Shown here: positions 9,529 through 18,265 of the stretch, one piece after another
How the letters are laid out: each line of letters begins with the position of its first letter
Position numbering within the stretch: the stretch's first letter is position 1
IMG/VR virus record: IMGVR_UViG_3300021339_000006
Location: 1 to 64,000 of that record
Strand: one strand, 5' to 3'
Source of the DNA: a virus
DNA: 64,000 nt
The notes under the pieces: model-generated
What the model saw: only the letters and a program-made list of their open reading frames with translations
What the model was told of the DNA's origin: nothing
Databases searched by the model: none
Position numbers and translations under genes: made by a program

Positions 9529-12068
9529 GCCTTCGATCCCTTTCCACGTTTCAATCCGTAACTGCCTTCCAATGAACGCACCAAGTCTCCGCGTCCGTCA
9601 CGTATCTCCGCGCTCATCTCTGCTTTGATCTGTCGGATTGCGATTTCAATCACACGCTGATTGCCATCAGTGCGCTCTGTCACCTCTGTGCGCGCCGAGG
9701 TAAAGTTGTTCACAGTCACCTTCACCTCACCACCGCCTAAACGATCGTTCGGAATAATGCTTCCGTTGGATGCAGGTGAGAACAGTTCCGGACCACGCTC
9801 ACCGACAAGGTAGTTCTTTCCTCGCCCGACTCCACCACCAGCAGCCTTTGCACCATCCAACGTCAGCTTCACACTCGTGATCGAGGATACGATTGTGGCT
9901 GTGGCAGCAATCACCGACGCCATCGCAAGCAGGTTGTATGGGTAAACCAATGAGGCTGCGCTGGCAATACCTTGGAAAATCTTGATCGTTGCGTCTGCAA
10001 CAGCAAACGCCTTCGACGCAATGAACATGGCTTTGTAAACGGCGTTCTGCTCTCCCGCGAAACCTTTGATGGCTTCCGAGAGTTGTCCGAACGCAGACTC
10101 GGAGGCGTTCAAAAGAATCTGCGTCTGCGCCAGTTGCAACTTCTTCAACCGATCGTTGTAGGCTTCAATGGCAGCCGTCTTCTGATCCTGCAAATCTTGA
10201 GTCAGTTTCAGTTCCTGAGCGTTTAACTCTTCGAGCATCTTGAGTTTTGATTTACCCTCTTCGATCTCCTTCATGTTGCCCATTGCCTGGCCCATAAAAG
10301 GATCGCTGCCCAAGTAGCTCTGCTCTGGTAATCCAATCTCCTTCAGTTTGGCTGACGCCTTTGCAGAGTCGAGGAATCGCTGTGCTCTGTCAGGATCGTC
10401 TTCCACCGTCATCATTTCGCCTACAGCCTTGCCCATTGCCGCTCCCCACATCTCAGTGGCGTCCGTCATTGCGCCCATCGACTCTACCACTGTCTCCTTC
10501 GCGTCAATGACTGTCTTGATCAGGCTGTCGTTGATTTCCCTGCGCGCATCTTTCAACAAGGAAAGCCACTCTTCCATCTTCTCCAATTCGATAAACTCAA
10601 AACCTAGGCTGAGGTTGGCTGTTTTGAGTGGAGTGATGTTGAGGATCTTTTTTACTTTCTCTGGGATGCTGTCGAGTAGGATGTTTACGCCATCAATCCA
10701 ATCATTGATCCCATCCGAAATGAAGTTGAGGAAACCGGTCATCGCGGTTTGCAACAAATTGAATGCCTTAATAAACGCCGACACCAGCGTCTCTGCCACC
10801 TTCAACCAAAGCATGGCAACCACCTTAGCCAGATCGCGCAGTCCTTCCCAAATCATCACCAACGTCTTCACCGCGCCTACCAGGATGGTGCCGAGGATGC
10901 GCGCAGTTTCTTTCCACGATTCGTTGGAAGCGGAGTTGAGCGCGCTGGTGTCGCGCAACATTCCATTCAGGCTGTCCAGCGCCGGACGCAAGCCCTCACC
11001 AATCGTGATCAGCAAGTCCTTGAACAGGTTGACTGTGATGGCTACTTGCGAGGAGAAAGACTTGAGCTGCTCGTTTGCAATTTTGTCGGTGGTGCCACCA
11101 GCATTGCGCAGTTCCTTTTCATACTCCCGAATCTTATCCGAGAATCCAATCAGCGACATTGTGGCAGACACCGACCGATCCTGGAAACCCATCAAAGTCA
11201 GGATCTGTCGTCTTTGCTCGACCGTTGCGCTACCTAACACCTTCTCCATCTGACCGATGATGTCGGCCATGTTGTTCATGTTACCCGCGCTGTCGTAAAC
11301 AGACACACCCAACTCATCAAACGCCTTCCGATTGGCAATCGACGACACTTGCAAATCACGCAACACAATGTTGAGCGCCTCACCAGCAGCTTCACCCTTC
11401 AAGCCCTGCTCCGCGAACACACCGAGGACAGCAACACCTTCCTCCACCTCTTTGTTTACCGAACGCAACGCAGCCGCAGCTTTGTTGGTCAACGCCTCGC
11501 TCAACTGTTCCACTGAAGCATTGGTTTGAATGTTGGCTTTTGTGATTACGTCAGCCACACGCTTCATGTTTTCAAAGTTCTGCGAAACGTCCTTGGTTCT
11601 CAGTCCCAAAGCCGACTGGGCATCAGCCAACAAGTCCGTTGCGCGCGCCATTTGAAAGTTACCTGCTGTTGCAAACTTTGTGAGCACCGGAAGTGCCTTC
11701 ATTGCCTCCGCCGCACTCAATCCAGCCGACGCCAAGAAGTAGTAGGACTTGGCCATGTCCTCTGCAGACTTTACCGACTCGCGGGCAATGGTGCGTGCAG
11801 TGTCGGACATCTGCTTCTTCATGTCCTCACTGATGTCACCCATGATGGAAAAAGCCTCCGTCAGGGCTTTGTCAAACTTGGCGAATTCATAAACAGCCGC
11901 AGTAGCGATGGCAGCAAGCGCGCCAACGATGGCAAGGCTGGCGCGCTTGACTGACTTCTCCGCAAGAGCTGTGCCGTTTACAAGGGATGTCGAATCAGCG
12001 GCGAGTCGGACAAATAACGTTCCCAACGAACCACCACCACCGACTGCACCTAAGCCTGGGACGTTCAA
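9525..12068 (-). CDS. tape measure protein (TP901 family)
   Basis: 847 aa helical; LASAG, GLKGEAAG and C-terminal YLVGERGPELF motifs; follows tail chaperones. Confidence 0.95.
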   Translation of the reverse strand: MNVPGLGAVGGGGSLGTLFVRLAADSTSLVNGTALAEKSVKRASLAIVGALAAIATAAVYEFAKFDKALTEAFSIMGDISEDMKKQMSDTARTIARESVKSAEDMAKSYYFLASAGLSAAEAMKALPVLTKFATAGNFQMARATDLLADAQSALGLRTKDVSQNFENMKRVADVITKANIQTNASVEQLSEALTNKAAAALRSVNKEVEEGVAVLGVFAEQGLKGEAAGEALNIVLRDLQVSSIANRKAFDELGVSVYDSAGNMNNMADIIGQMEKVLGSATVEQRRQILTLMGFQDRSVSATMSLIGFSDKIREYEKELRNAGGTTDKIANEQLKSFSSQVAITVNLFKDLLITIGEGLRPALDSLNGMLRDTSALNSASNESWKETARILGTILVGAVKTLVMIWEGLRDLAKVVAMLWLKVAETLVSAFIKAFNLLQTAMTGFLNFISDGINDWIDGVNILLDSIPEKVKKILNITPLKTANLSLGFEFIELEKMEEWLSLLKDARREINDSLIKTVIDAKETVVESMGAMTDATEMWGAAMGKAVGEMMTVEDDPDRAQRFLDSAKASAKLKEIGLPEQSYLGSDPFMGQAMGNMKEIEEGKSKLKMLEELNAQELKLTQDLQDQKTAAIEAYNDRLKKLQLAQTQILLNASESAFGQLSEAIKGFAGEQNAVYKAMFIASKAFAVADATIKIFQGIASAASLVYPYNLLAMASVIAATATIVSSITSVKLTLDGAKAAGGGVGRGKNYLVGERGPELFSPASNGSIIPNDRLGGGEVKVTVNNFTSARTEVTERTDGNQRVIEIAIRQIKAEMSAEIRDGRGDLVRSLEGSYGLKRGKGSKA

Positions 12069-12403
12069 TTATTCCTCCCTTTCGTTTTGACGTTGAGCGC
12101 CTTAAGCCACGCTGCCTTGGACTTCTTGGTGTTTGCCTCCTTGTCCCTCACATCGTCTTTCACAACCTCTAGGTAAAAGTCTTCAACCCTTACCTTGTTT
12201 GGATGTTTCACGTTTGCACGCCTAATCTCCTTCGCAATTTGCGCCAAGTAAACATCTTGTTTTGTCCTGCGCTCTTCTTCTCTGCGAAGGAATTCCAACC
12301 AGTCTAGGAACTCCGTTATCGTAATCCGCTCCCTCAGTTCGGACACTGGCATCCTAAGGTGGTGCGCTACTCGATACCAAGCCAGCGCCTCACCCGTCAG
12401 CCG
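12065..12403 (-). CDS. tail assembly chaperone, frameshifted extension (gpGT-like)
   Basis: The -1 frame after the slippery site reads RLTGEALAWYRVAHHLRMPVSEL... and is continuous with the 12065..12352 ORF. Confidence 0.8.
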   Translation of the reverse strand, partial: RLTGEALAWYRVAHHLRMPVSELRERITITEFLDWLEFLRREEERRTKQDVYLAQIAKEIRRANVKHPNKVRVEDFYLEVVKDDVRDKEANTKKSKAAWLKALNVKTKGRNN

Positions 12404-12762
12404 TTTTTTTCCGGTTCGTCTTTCTTCTCGCTCTTCTCCTCATTGAGGTGGTTCAGGATTTGAGCCTCTTTGAAGAGTTCAGCAACGACGGAAGACGGCC
12501 ACTTCTGGACTTCGATCTGCGGAACCGACGCACCCGTTTCTTGAACGTAAAGACAACTGGAAACGAGATCGGCTTGAAGACCTTCATACTTGCTCAGTCC
12601 TGCTGGCCGTCCATCCTTGTCAATGCGCATCCGTCCCTGTAACCGATCGAGGTAACGATCCCGAGCCTGCGCCGACATTTCCCGCAGCTCGTATTGAACC
12701 TCTTTGCCTTCCTCGTTTTCGATGGCAACTGGCTTCGCTGTGATTTTGAGTTTGAATTGCAT
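12397..12762 (-). CDS. tail assembly chaperone (gpG-like)
   Basis: Between tail tube and tape measure; ends in slippery GAA AAA AAC. Confidence 0.85.
   Translation of the reverse strand: MQFKLKITAKPVAIENEEGKEVQYELREMSAQARDRYLDRLQGRMRIDKDGRPAGLSKYEGLQADLVSSCLYVQETGASVPQIEVQKWPSSVVAELFKEAQILNHLNEEKSEKKDEPEKNG
12403..12409 (-). other. programmed -1 frameshift slippery site A AAA AAC
   Basis: X XXY YYZ heptamer one codon before the stop; the -1 frame is open. Confidence 0.8.
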
Positions 12763-12768
12763 ACCAGA

Positions 12769-13212
12769 TTACAGTTCCGAACCAGACGCTTCTACGTAAC
12801 TCGGAGCCACTTCCACGTCATCATTGTCGTGATTGCTGGGCTGAATAGTGAGCGACGCCGTCGGCTGCTCTCCTTCAGTGAACGCACCAGGCGTGAACTC
12901 CTCGATCCATCCCCAAAACGTGACAGTCGCATCGTCCGGGAACGTGATGGTGATTTGCTGGTTTACAGCAAGCTGCGACATGATTTCCGCCAGCGACTCA
13001 AACGCAAACGCCACCGTGGCGCTGACCTGTGACAACGAGCGCAACTTGCGTGGCGACATTGTGCGCCACGTTGTATTGCGCATCGTTGTCGTGTCGATCG
13101 GACCACCAGCAGTGATGCCTGGAGGTGTGATCTCTTTCTCGTAGAACTTGATATCCGGCGCGCCCGACAAAGTAATGATTGTCGAGAATCCGTCATCGTA
13201 TCTTTTTCCCAT
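12769..13212 (-). CDS. major tail tube protein
   Basis: 147 aa acidic beta protein; ITPPG, IDTTTM, ITFPD, FWGWI motifs; upstream of chaperones. Confidence 0.85.
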   Translation of the reverse strand: MGKRYDDGFSTIITLSGAPDIKFYEKEITPPGITAGGPIDTTTMRNTTWRTMSPRKLRSLSQVSATVAFAFESLAEIMSQLAVNQQITITFPDDATVTFWGWIEEFTPGAFTEGEQPTASLTIQPSNHDNDDVEVAPSYVEASGSEL

Positions 13213-13241
13213 AGTTTACTCGCTTTCTGTTTGTTGATTGC

Positions 13242-13868
13242 TCACGGTGTTTCTGGATAGACCAAAATCTCCACATAGACGGGCGCCGACAACTCTTGTT
13301 CGACATAGTCTTGAAGAAGGTTCCCCTCAAAGAGGCTGAGTTGGATTGCGTAACTGTTGACCAGGATCTCGGAAGGAGTATTCACTCCGATACTCGGTCG
13401 CTCGTAAGGATTGGCTGTAGCACTGATCCTCACCAACGTCCGATCTACAGGAAACGCATCCGCCAAGGTAAAGGAATAACCAGGCTGGCCTTCATGCGCC
13501 ACCACTATTTCTCCAATGGTATTCTTGAGAACGGTCACAGTTCCTTCTGGCGCAAGAAGCACGCGATAAGCCAAGACGCCACTACCTGCCCCTGCTGGCC
13601 CTTCTGGACCTACATCTCCTTGCGGCCCTGGCTCTCCTTGCGGCCCTGCCTCTCCTGTCAATCCTTGGTTGCCTTGCTGTCCTTGTCCTCCCTGAATTCC
13701 CTGAATGCCCTGCGGCCCCTGTTCTCCTTGCGGCCCTTCTGCCGCAGCATAGGTGGCAATTTGTGCGGCTGTAACGCGCACAGAGGCACCGCCCTGGGCC
13801 GCCTCAAACACTTCCGCCCCTGTGAGGGCGCTGGCTGCGTCAAGCTGTGGGATGGTCTTATTAGCCAT
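13242..13868 (-). CDS. collagen-like (neck/collar) fibre protein
   Basis: About 16 Gly-X-Y triplets (GPQGEQGPQGIQ...); N-terminal KTIPQL. Confidence 0.75.
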   Translation of the reverse strand: MANKTIPQLDAASALTGAEVFEAAQGGASVRVTAAQIATYAAAEGPQGEQGPQGIQGIQGGQGQQGNQGLTGEAGPQGEPGPQGDVGPEGPAGAGSGVLAYRVLLAPEGTVTVLKNTIGEIVVAHEGQPGYSFTLADAFPVDRTLVRISATANPYERPSIGVNTPSEILVNSYAIQLSLFEGNLLQDYVEQELSAPVYVEILVYPETP

Positions 13869-14364
13869 AAATGCGAAAGTCTCCTTCCTCAGTCACCCGA
13901 ACGTCTCCGCCTAGTGTCATTCTCATAAATTCCGGTTCCGGCTCCTCGTCCTCTTCGGACACTGTCAACGTGGCATTGATTGTGAAAAAGTGCCTCCGTT
14001 TCGATCCCACCGTTTCCATGCCCAGTGAGAGCACGCCACTGCTCCTTGAAACGTTGTGAACAAGATAGGCGCCCTCAGAAGTTAGCGCAACAGAAACCCT
14101 TCTCACCGAGTCCAACTGGAGCGCAACGTCGCGAGCAAACTGCCACGTTTCCACATAAGCCTTCCCGCGGATGGTAATCTGGATGCCAGGATGTTCGATC
14201 TGTTCCCCAGACCGCATGAGCCTTCCATCCTTGCGAGGATCGGTATCATAAACACAAAGAGCAATGTCTGGTTCCTCAGGGAAGAAAGCCACGTAAGAAT
14301 TCTCAGTCGTCACCAATGCCAAGTCGATTAGCAACTGACGAATAATATCTGAGTAGGGCATCAT
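13861..14364 (-). CDS. tail terminator / minor capsid-family protein
   Basis: PEEPDIALCVYDT and PGIQITIRG motifs; upstream of tail tube. Confidence 0.7.
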   Translation of the reverse strand: MMPYSDIIRQLLIDLALVTTENSYVAFFPEEPDIALCVYDTDPRKDGRLMRSGEQIEHPGIQITIRGKAYVETWQFARDVALQLDSVRRVSVALTSEGAYLVHNVSRSSGVLSLGMETVGSKRRHFFTINATLTVSEEDEEPEPEFMRMTLGGDVRVTEEGDFRIYG

Positions 14365-14846
14365 AAGATTTTCTTTATCTCGTCTCCTACAACCTGCCGC
14401 AACGTTGGGCCGAATTCCCTGAAAGGTTCTTCGAGGAATTTGGGCTGTGCCTTGCCCTGCGGATCCCAATAACGACCACCCTTCCTAAACTGCCCGCCCT
14501 TCGTGTCACGCACCCTGCCTGCGCTGTCCACTGATCCTCCCATTCTCGGCTGTCCTTTGAGGCGCATTCCTGGCGGCCAGATCTCTCTGTTCTCGTGGAC
14601 GTAGATGGCGTATCCAGCGGTAAAGCCAACGTTGACCACGGTCTTGACCGCCTCGCCCTCAGCGCGCGTAAACGCAGACGCTTTGAGGATGCCAAAATTG
14701 ACTGGAACTTTGAGCTGGGCTTCTCGCTGTAGCAGCAAGCCGGCTTTCTTCAGCCCTCGTGCCACAGCCAAACCGATCTTCCGTTCTGCACCTTTGATAT
14801 TGCGCAACACGTTCTCCGTTCCAATGAATCCTGCATCAATCTTCAT
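14361..14846 (-). CDS. tail completion / HK97 gp10-like neck protein
   Basis: VPVNFGILKAS, YAIYVHE and PKFLE motifs. Confidence 0.8.
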   Translation of the reverse strand: MKIDAGFIGTENVLRNIKGAERKIGLAVARGLKKAGLLLQREAQLKVPVNFGILKASAFTRAEGEAVKTVVNVGFTAGYAIYVHENREIWPPGMRLKGQPRMGGSVDSAGRVRDTKGGQFRKGGRYWDPQGKAQPKFLEEPFREFGPTLRQVVGDEIKKIL

Positions 14847-15181
14847 ATAAACGCAGTCAGCAACCACTCCGTCGCGCGCAGGTTTGGATTTTGATCGAAC
14901 CGACGTATCTCGTCCGACGCCACTTCCATCGGATCGTCAGGAATGTCCGATGGCATTTCGCCTAACATTAACCTGTCTCCGGCAGACATGATACGATCCA
15001 CATAAACCACAGCCTTGGATATTTGACGCTCTCCCTTGGAATCAAGGAACTCCTGCGCAGTGCCATCCCACCGACAATCAATCTCAACAGGTTCATCAAA
15101 GGAAAAAGTGCCATAGTGGTCAGCATCCAAACGCTTCCACCATATCGCCTTCTGCCTGCGCATCCTTCGAATCAAACTCAC
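14843..15181 (-). CDS. head closure (stopper) protein
   Basis: DHYG..F.EPVEIDCRW motif; GTGA-coupled start; neck synteny. Confidence 0.7.
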   Translation of the reverse strand: MSLIRRMRRQKAIWWKRLDADHYGTFSFDEPVEIDCRWDGTAQEFLDSKGERQISKAVVYVDRIMSAGDRLMLGEMPSDIPDDPMEVASDEIRRFDQNPNLRATEWLLTAFI

Positions 15182-15816
15182 GCTGCCACCTCCAGTTTCA
15201 AGTAATCGTGAAACGCTTGGAAGTCCATAAAAGGAAAACAAGTGAGACGTGAAGTTCCGTCTGTGACGTTTAACACCTCGACACCTGCTGGAAGCTCCTT
15301 CCGTATTGTGAGGAAGCCACGCATGAAACGCTCAAACGCTTTATCCTTGGTCAACGTGGTGTTGAACTTGTGCCAGTGGGATTCCTTCGCGGCTGAGTTG
15401 CACAAGTCGTAACCGAGCAGGAAGATACGCTGCGCGCCTAATGAGATCGCTAAGTTGATCGCCATTGCACCCGTTGAGTAGTTCCATCCGAGAGTGTCGC
15501 CATCGTGGAGACCGTCGCGCACGCGCTTCATCTTCAGTAACTGTGGCACGTCCCATCCTTCCAGCCCAGCGTTTGTTACAAGTCGGTTGGTAAATACTTC
15601 TTTGAGGTCTGGAAGTGCTTGGCGCATCCACCATGCCAGATCACCGAAGCATCCAATCTTTATGATGTCATTTCCGAGGCGGCAGGCGTCGTTGCATCCA
15701 ATTGTGTTCCTGCCACTGAGAAGCTGAAAATCAAAGCGGCGCAAAGAAGGGCCGCCTCCAATCAAGAAACAGTCCTGTCCATTCCACTCACGGTCCGGGA
15801 TCCAGTAAGCGTTCAT
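15178..15816 (-). CDS. MptE/Maf/sialyltransferase-like (DUF115-type) transferase
   Basis: LIGGGPSL, TIGCN, STG.MAINLAISLGAQRIFLLGYD, SHW motifs. Confidence 0.7.
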   Translation of the reverse strand: MNAYWIPDREWNGQDCFLIGGGPSLRRFDFQLLSGRNTIGCNDACRLGNDIIKIGCFGDLAWWMRQALPDLKEVFTNRLVTNAGLEGWDVPQLLKMKRVRDGLHDGDTLGWNYSTGAMAINLAISLGAQRIFLLGYDLCNSAAKESHWHKFNTTLTKDKAFERFMRGFLTIRKELPAGVEVLNVTDGTSRLTCFPFMDFQAFHDYLKLEVAA

Positions 15817-16183
15817 CAGCAGTGCGTCCCAACCAAAGGACGCTAGGGCGGCGTTTTCCTGACGCTAATGCCCGTAGGCTTCCACTTGTGTCAAGGGTTT
15901 GTGCCATTTGCCCGTAATGCGATGTGTTTAGGCCTAGGGCAACGGCGCTTTGATAGCTGGCGCTCACTGGGCCGGCTTTTTCTGCCGTGGTGCGCGGATC
16001 GCGAACGGTGTAGAAATGCGCAGCAAGCCATGTCTCGACTAGCTGCAAACGCTCTGTGGACAATTCACTGCCCTCAGCGATCTGCTCAACAAGCGCGTTT
16101 GCAGCTAGGATAAAGGGATCGAGGTTAATCAACGGATCGACCTCAATAATCCCTGCGACTAATTCTGTGGTGGTGCGTGGCAC
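15788..16183 (-). CDS. head-tail adaptor
   Basis: WLAAHF, AGPVSASY, TSHYGQ..LD motifs. Confidence 0.8.
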   Translation of the reverse strand: MPRTTTELVAGIIEVDPLINLDPFILAANALVEQIAEGSELSTERLQLVETWLAAHFYTVRDPRTTAEKAGPVSASYQSAVALGLNTSHYGQMAQTLDTSGSLRALASGKRRPSVLWLGRTADERLLDPGP

Positions 16184-16186
16184 GAT

Positions 16187-16657
16187 TTACTTGTGGTGTG
16201 CCCTCTTGGCCTTAGCAGCTTTCTTTGCGCTGCTCTCTTCACCCTCGTCTTCGTCCTCGTCCTCACTCCACTTGTCACCCTTGTCAGCGGCAGCCTTCTT
16301 GGCACCCTTACTGATGGTGGCCGTTTGCAGGTGGGCACCATCAGCGCGTGACTCCTGCCCTGCGCGTGCTGTGCTCCCTGTGTCCTTGACATGCGTCCCT
16401 GCGAGCTGTGTCGAATCGCCCACTGGCTGGGCTTCCTCGTCCTCGTCCTGGTTCCCCAGCTTGAGACCCTTGGGCAGTGGTGCGCCTGGGCTGCCAGGAG
16501 CGCCAAAGGGCCGCCTGGGCTCGCTGCGGTCGCCATCGACACGCTCGAACTTCTCAGGAAACATGGCATCGAGGTCGGCATTTGTGGTGACAACCTCGTC
16601 CTTGCGATAGACCCTGCCGCCTTCGCGGTGTGTCCCTAATTTGACTCTGAACTTCAT
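16187..16657 (-). CDS. capsid-associated protein with low-complexity charged tail
   Basis: Directly after major capsid gene; short beta N-terminal domain, acidic then basic tail. Confidence 0.6.
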   Translation of the reverse strand: MKFRVKLGTHREGGRVYRKDEVVTTNADLDAMFPEKFERVDGDRSEPRRPFGAPGSPGAPLPKGLKLGNQDEDEEAQPVGDSTQLAGTHVKDTGSTARAGQESRADGAHLQTATISKGAKKAAADKGDKWSEDEDEDEGEESSAKKAAKAKRAHHK

Positions 16658-16696
16658 TTTCGTTCTTTCGTTTACTGGTTAATGGTTTCAGTCACT

Positions 16697-17761
16697 TCAG
16701 GGAGCCACGCCGTGGACAATACCAGTCTGTCCATCGTAGTCCGAGCGAAGCTGCGGAACCCAGATCGCCATCACTTTGAAATGCACGCGCATTCCGCCGT
16801 CCGTCTCCCACTGCAAGGTGGTGATGTCCATACCATTCACGAGCCGCGCCACGTCGCTCGTCATTTGCACGAGGATCATTTGGAAGCCAGTGAGGTAATC
16901 GACAGTTTGGATTTCCGACACGCCGTTGATCTGCATCAAACGCTGGCGGACGGAGTTGTCTCCCTTCTCGTCGCTGTAGTCATTGTCCAAGAACAAGTCC
17001 CAGTCCGGCGAGACGTAGAGCGTCCACGGGCCGAAGTAGTTATTGTTGGTGGACAACTGGCGCATCTCGAGCACCTCGTTGAGCAAGGTCTTCGGAGTCC
17101 AACCACTTGCTGTCGGATTCGTCAACACCTGAGTCAACCGCCCAATGTAATTGGTGAGGCCGTAAACAGTCCCGCCGCCGTAGCTGTATGTCCCAGCAGT
17201 GCCGAGGAACAGTTTCTCAGCCTCTTCCGTCACCTTGCGCGCAGCCAACTGCGCTGTCGTGGTGTCCACGCCCTGACCATTGTTGCGGGAGACCGCAATC
17301 TGGCGTGCGTTGAAGAAGAAGTCCTTGTGAATCACGGGCAACGGAAGGTTGATCGTGTCCGTCTCAGGGCGATCGCCTTCGCTCTTACGCGCCGGATCCA
17401 TGCTGATGGTCGCCGGTGTGATGTCGCCCATCCGATCCGACTCAAGCACTGTTTTACCCATGCCGTTGGGCACAGTGTAAACCAAGCCCTTGCTGCGGAA
17501 GTCCGAAATGATCCGGAGCCGTTCACGCGCAGCCATTGTCACTGCGTCGTCGATCTGTTTCCACTCGTCTTTGCGCAAAGTGGCGTTCCGAGTCAACACT
17601 GGTGTGGACACCAGCTTGTTGGTTCGGAGGTCCTTTGTGGCAATGTAGTGCCGCCCGTCATCCCCAACCCAGGGACGCAGTGTGGCAACGTCGAAGCCGT
17701 TGGTAAGGAGCGTCGAAGCGACGTTCCCTATGGCGCGGCCATTGTAAATGAAGTCTTTCAT
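16697..17761 (-). CDS. major capsid protein (HK97 fold, encapsulin/linocin-M18-like branch)
   Basis: 354 aa; LPLPVIHKDF...RQI, AARKV.E, YGLTN, GP..LYV motifs; after protease and decoration genes. Confidence 0.9.
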   Translation of the reverse strand: MKDFIYNGRAIGNVASTLLTNGFDVATLRPWVGDDGRHYIATKDLRTNKLVSTPVLTRNATLRKDEWKQIDDAVTMAARERLRIISDFRSKGLVYTVPNGMGKTVLESDRMGDITPATISMDPARKSEGDRPETDTINLPLPVIHKDFFFNARQIAVSRNNGQGVDTTTAQLAARKVTEEAEKLFLGTAGTYSYGGGTVYGLTNYIGRLTQVLTNPTASGWTPKTLLNEVLEMRQLSTNNNYFGPWTLYVSPDWDLFLDNDYSDEKGDNSVRQRLMQINGVSEIQTVDYLTGFQMILVQMTSDVARLVNGMDITTLQWETDGGMRVHFKVMAIWVPQLRSDYDGQTGIVHGVAP

Positions 17762-17796
17762 TTGTTCTTAATGTTTACTGGTTAATCGGCCGTCCG

Positions 17797-18231
17797 TCAC
17801 AAGATACGAACACGCACGCGAGTATCAACTTCCGCGGCGGAATCGCTCAAGTCCATTTCTTCGAGTGGAACGCCAATTCGCACGTCCGTCCCGCCAGCAA
17901 CCTTCAGCGTCCCATCACCATTGCTGGTGAGAAACTCATTAGGTGTGCAATGCTCGCCTGCCGCAAGGAAGGCAAACACAACGTCTCCAGACTTCTGGAC
18001 GCCGACGGCAACGAGTTCGCCGACTGCGTAATTGTCACTGATGCCGCGGCCCTGCAGCGCATCTTCCAGCGCAAAGGTTTTCTCCGCGTGCCCGCCTGCT
18101 GTGCCGTGCGGGATCAAATTCCCAGCACTGTTAAGCGCAACGAGCATACCCGGCGTGATGATGGCAGCCGCGCGCCCTTCTTCGTGGAACCCTTCTCCCT
18201 TGAGTTGGATTCGTGTTGGTCGTGTTTTCAT
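17797..18231 (-). CDS. head decoration / cement protein
   Basis: ITPGMLV, LTSNGDGTL; between protease and capsid. Confidence 0.75.
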   Translation of the reverse strand: MKTRPTRIQLKGEGFHEEGRAAAIITPGMLVALNSAGNLIPHGTAGGHAEKTFALEDALQGRGISDNYAVGELVAVGVQKSGDVVFAFLAAGEHCTPNEFLTSNGDGTLKVAGGTDVRIGVPLEEMDLSDSAAEVDTRVRVRIL

Positions 18232-18265
18232 CGTTTTGTTTTAGTGATGTATGTGATCTGACGCG

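Noticed and set aside
5543-13212. DGR template/variable repeat pair from the tail tube duplication
   Set aside because: No reverse transcriptase; differences are not adenine-specific.
16697-17761. Encapsulin/linocin nanocompartment
   Set aside because: Portal, protease, decoration and neck context make it the phage major capsid protein.
10348-17785. Plus-strand ORFs opposite tape measure and capsid (similar ones at 29787, 45116, 57458, 58597)
   Set aside because: They fully overlap well-supported minus-strand genes and have no motifs.
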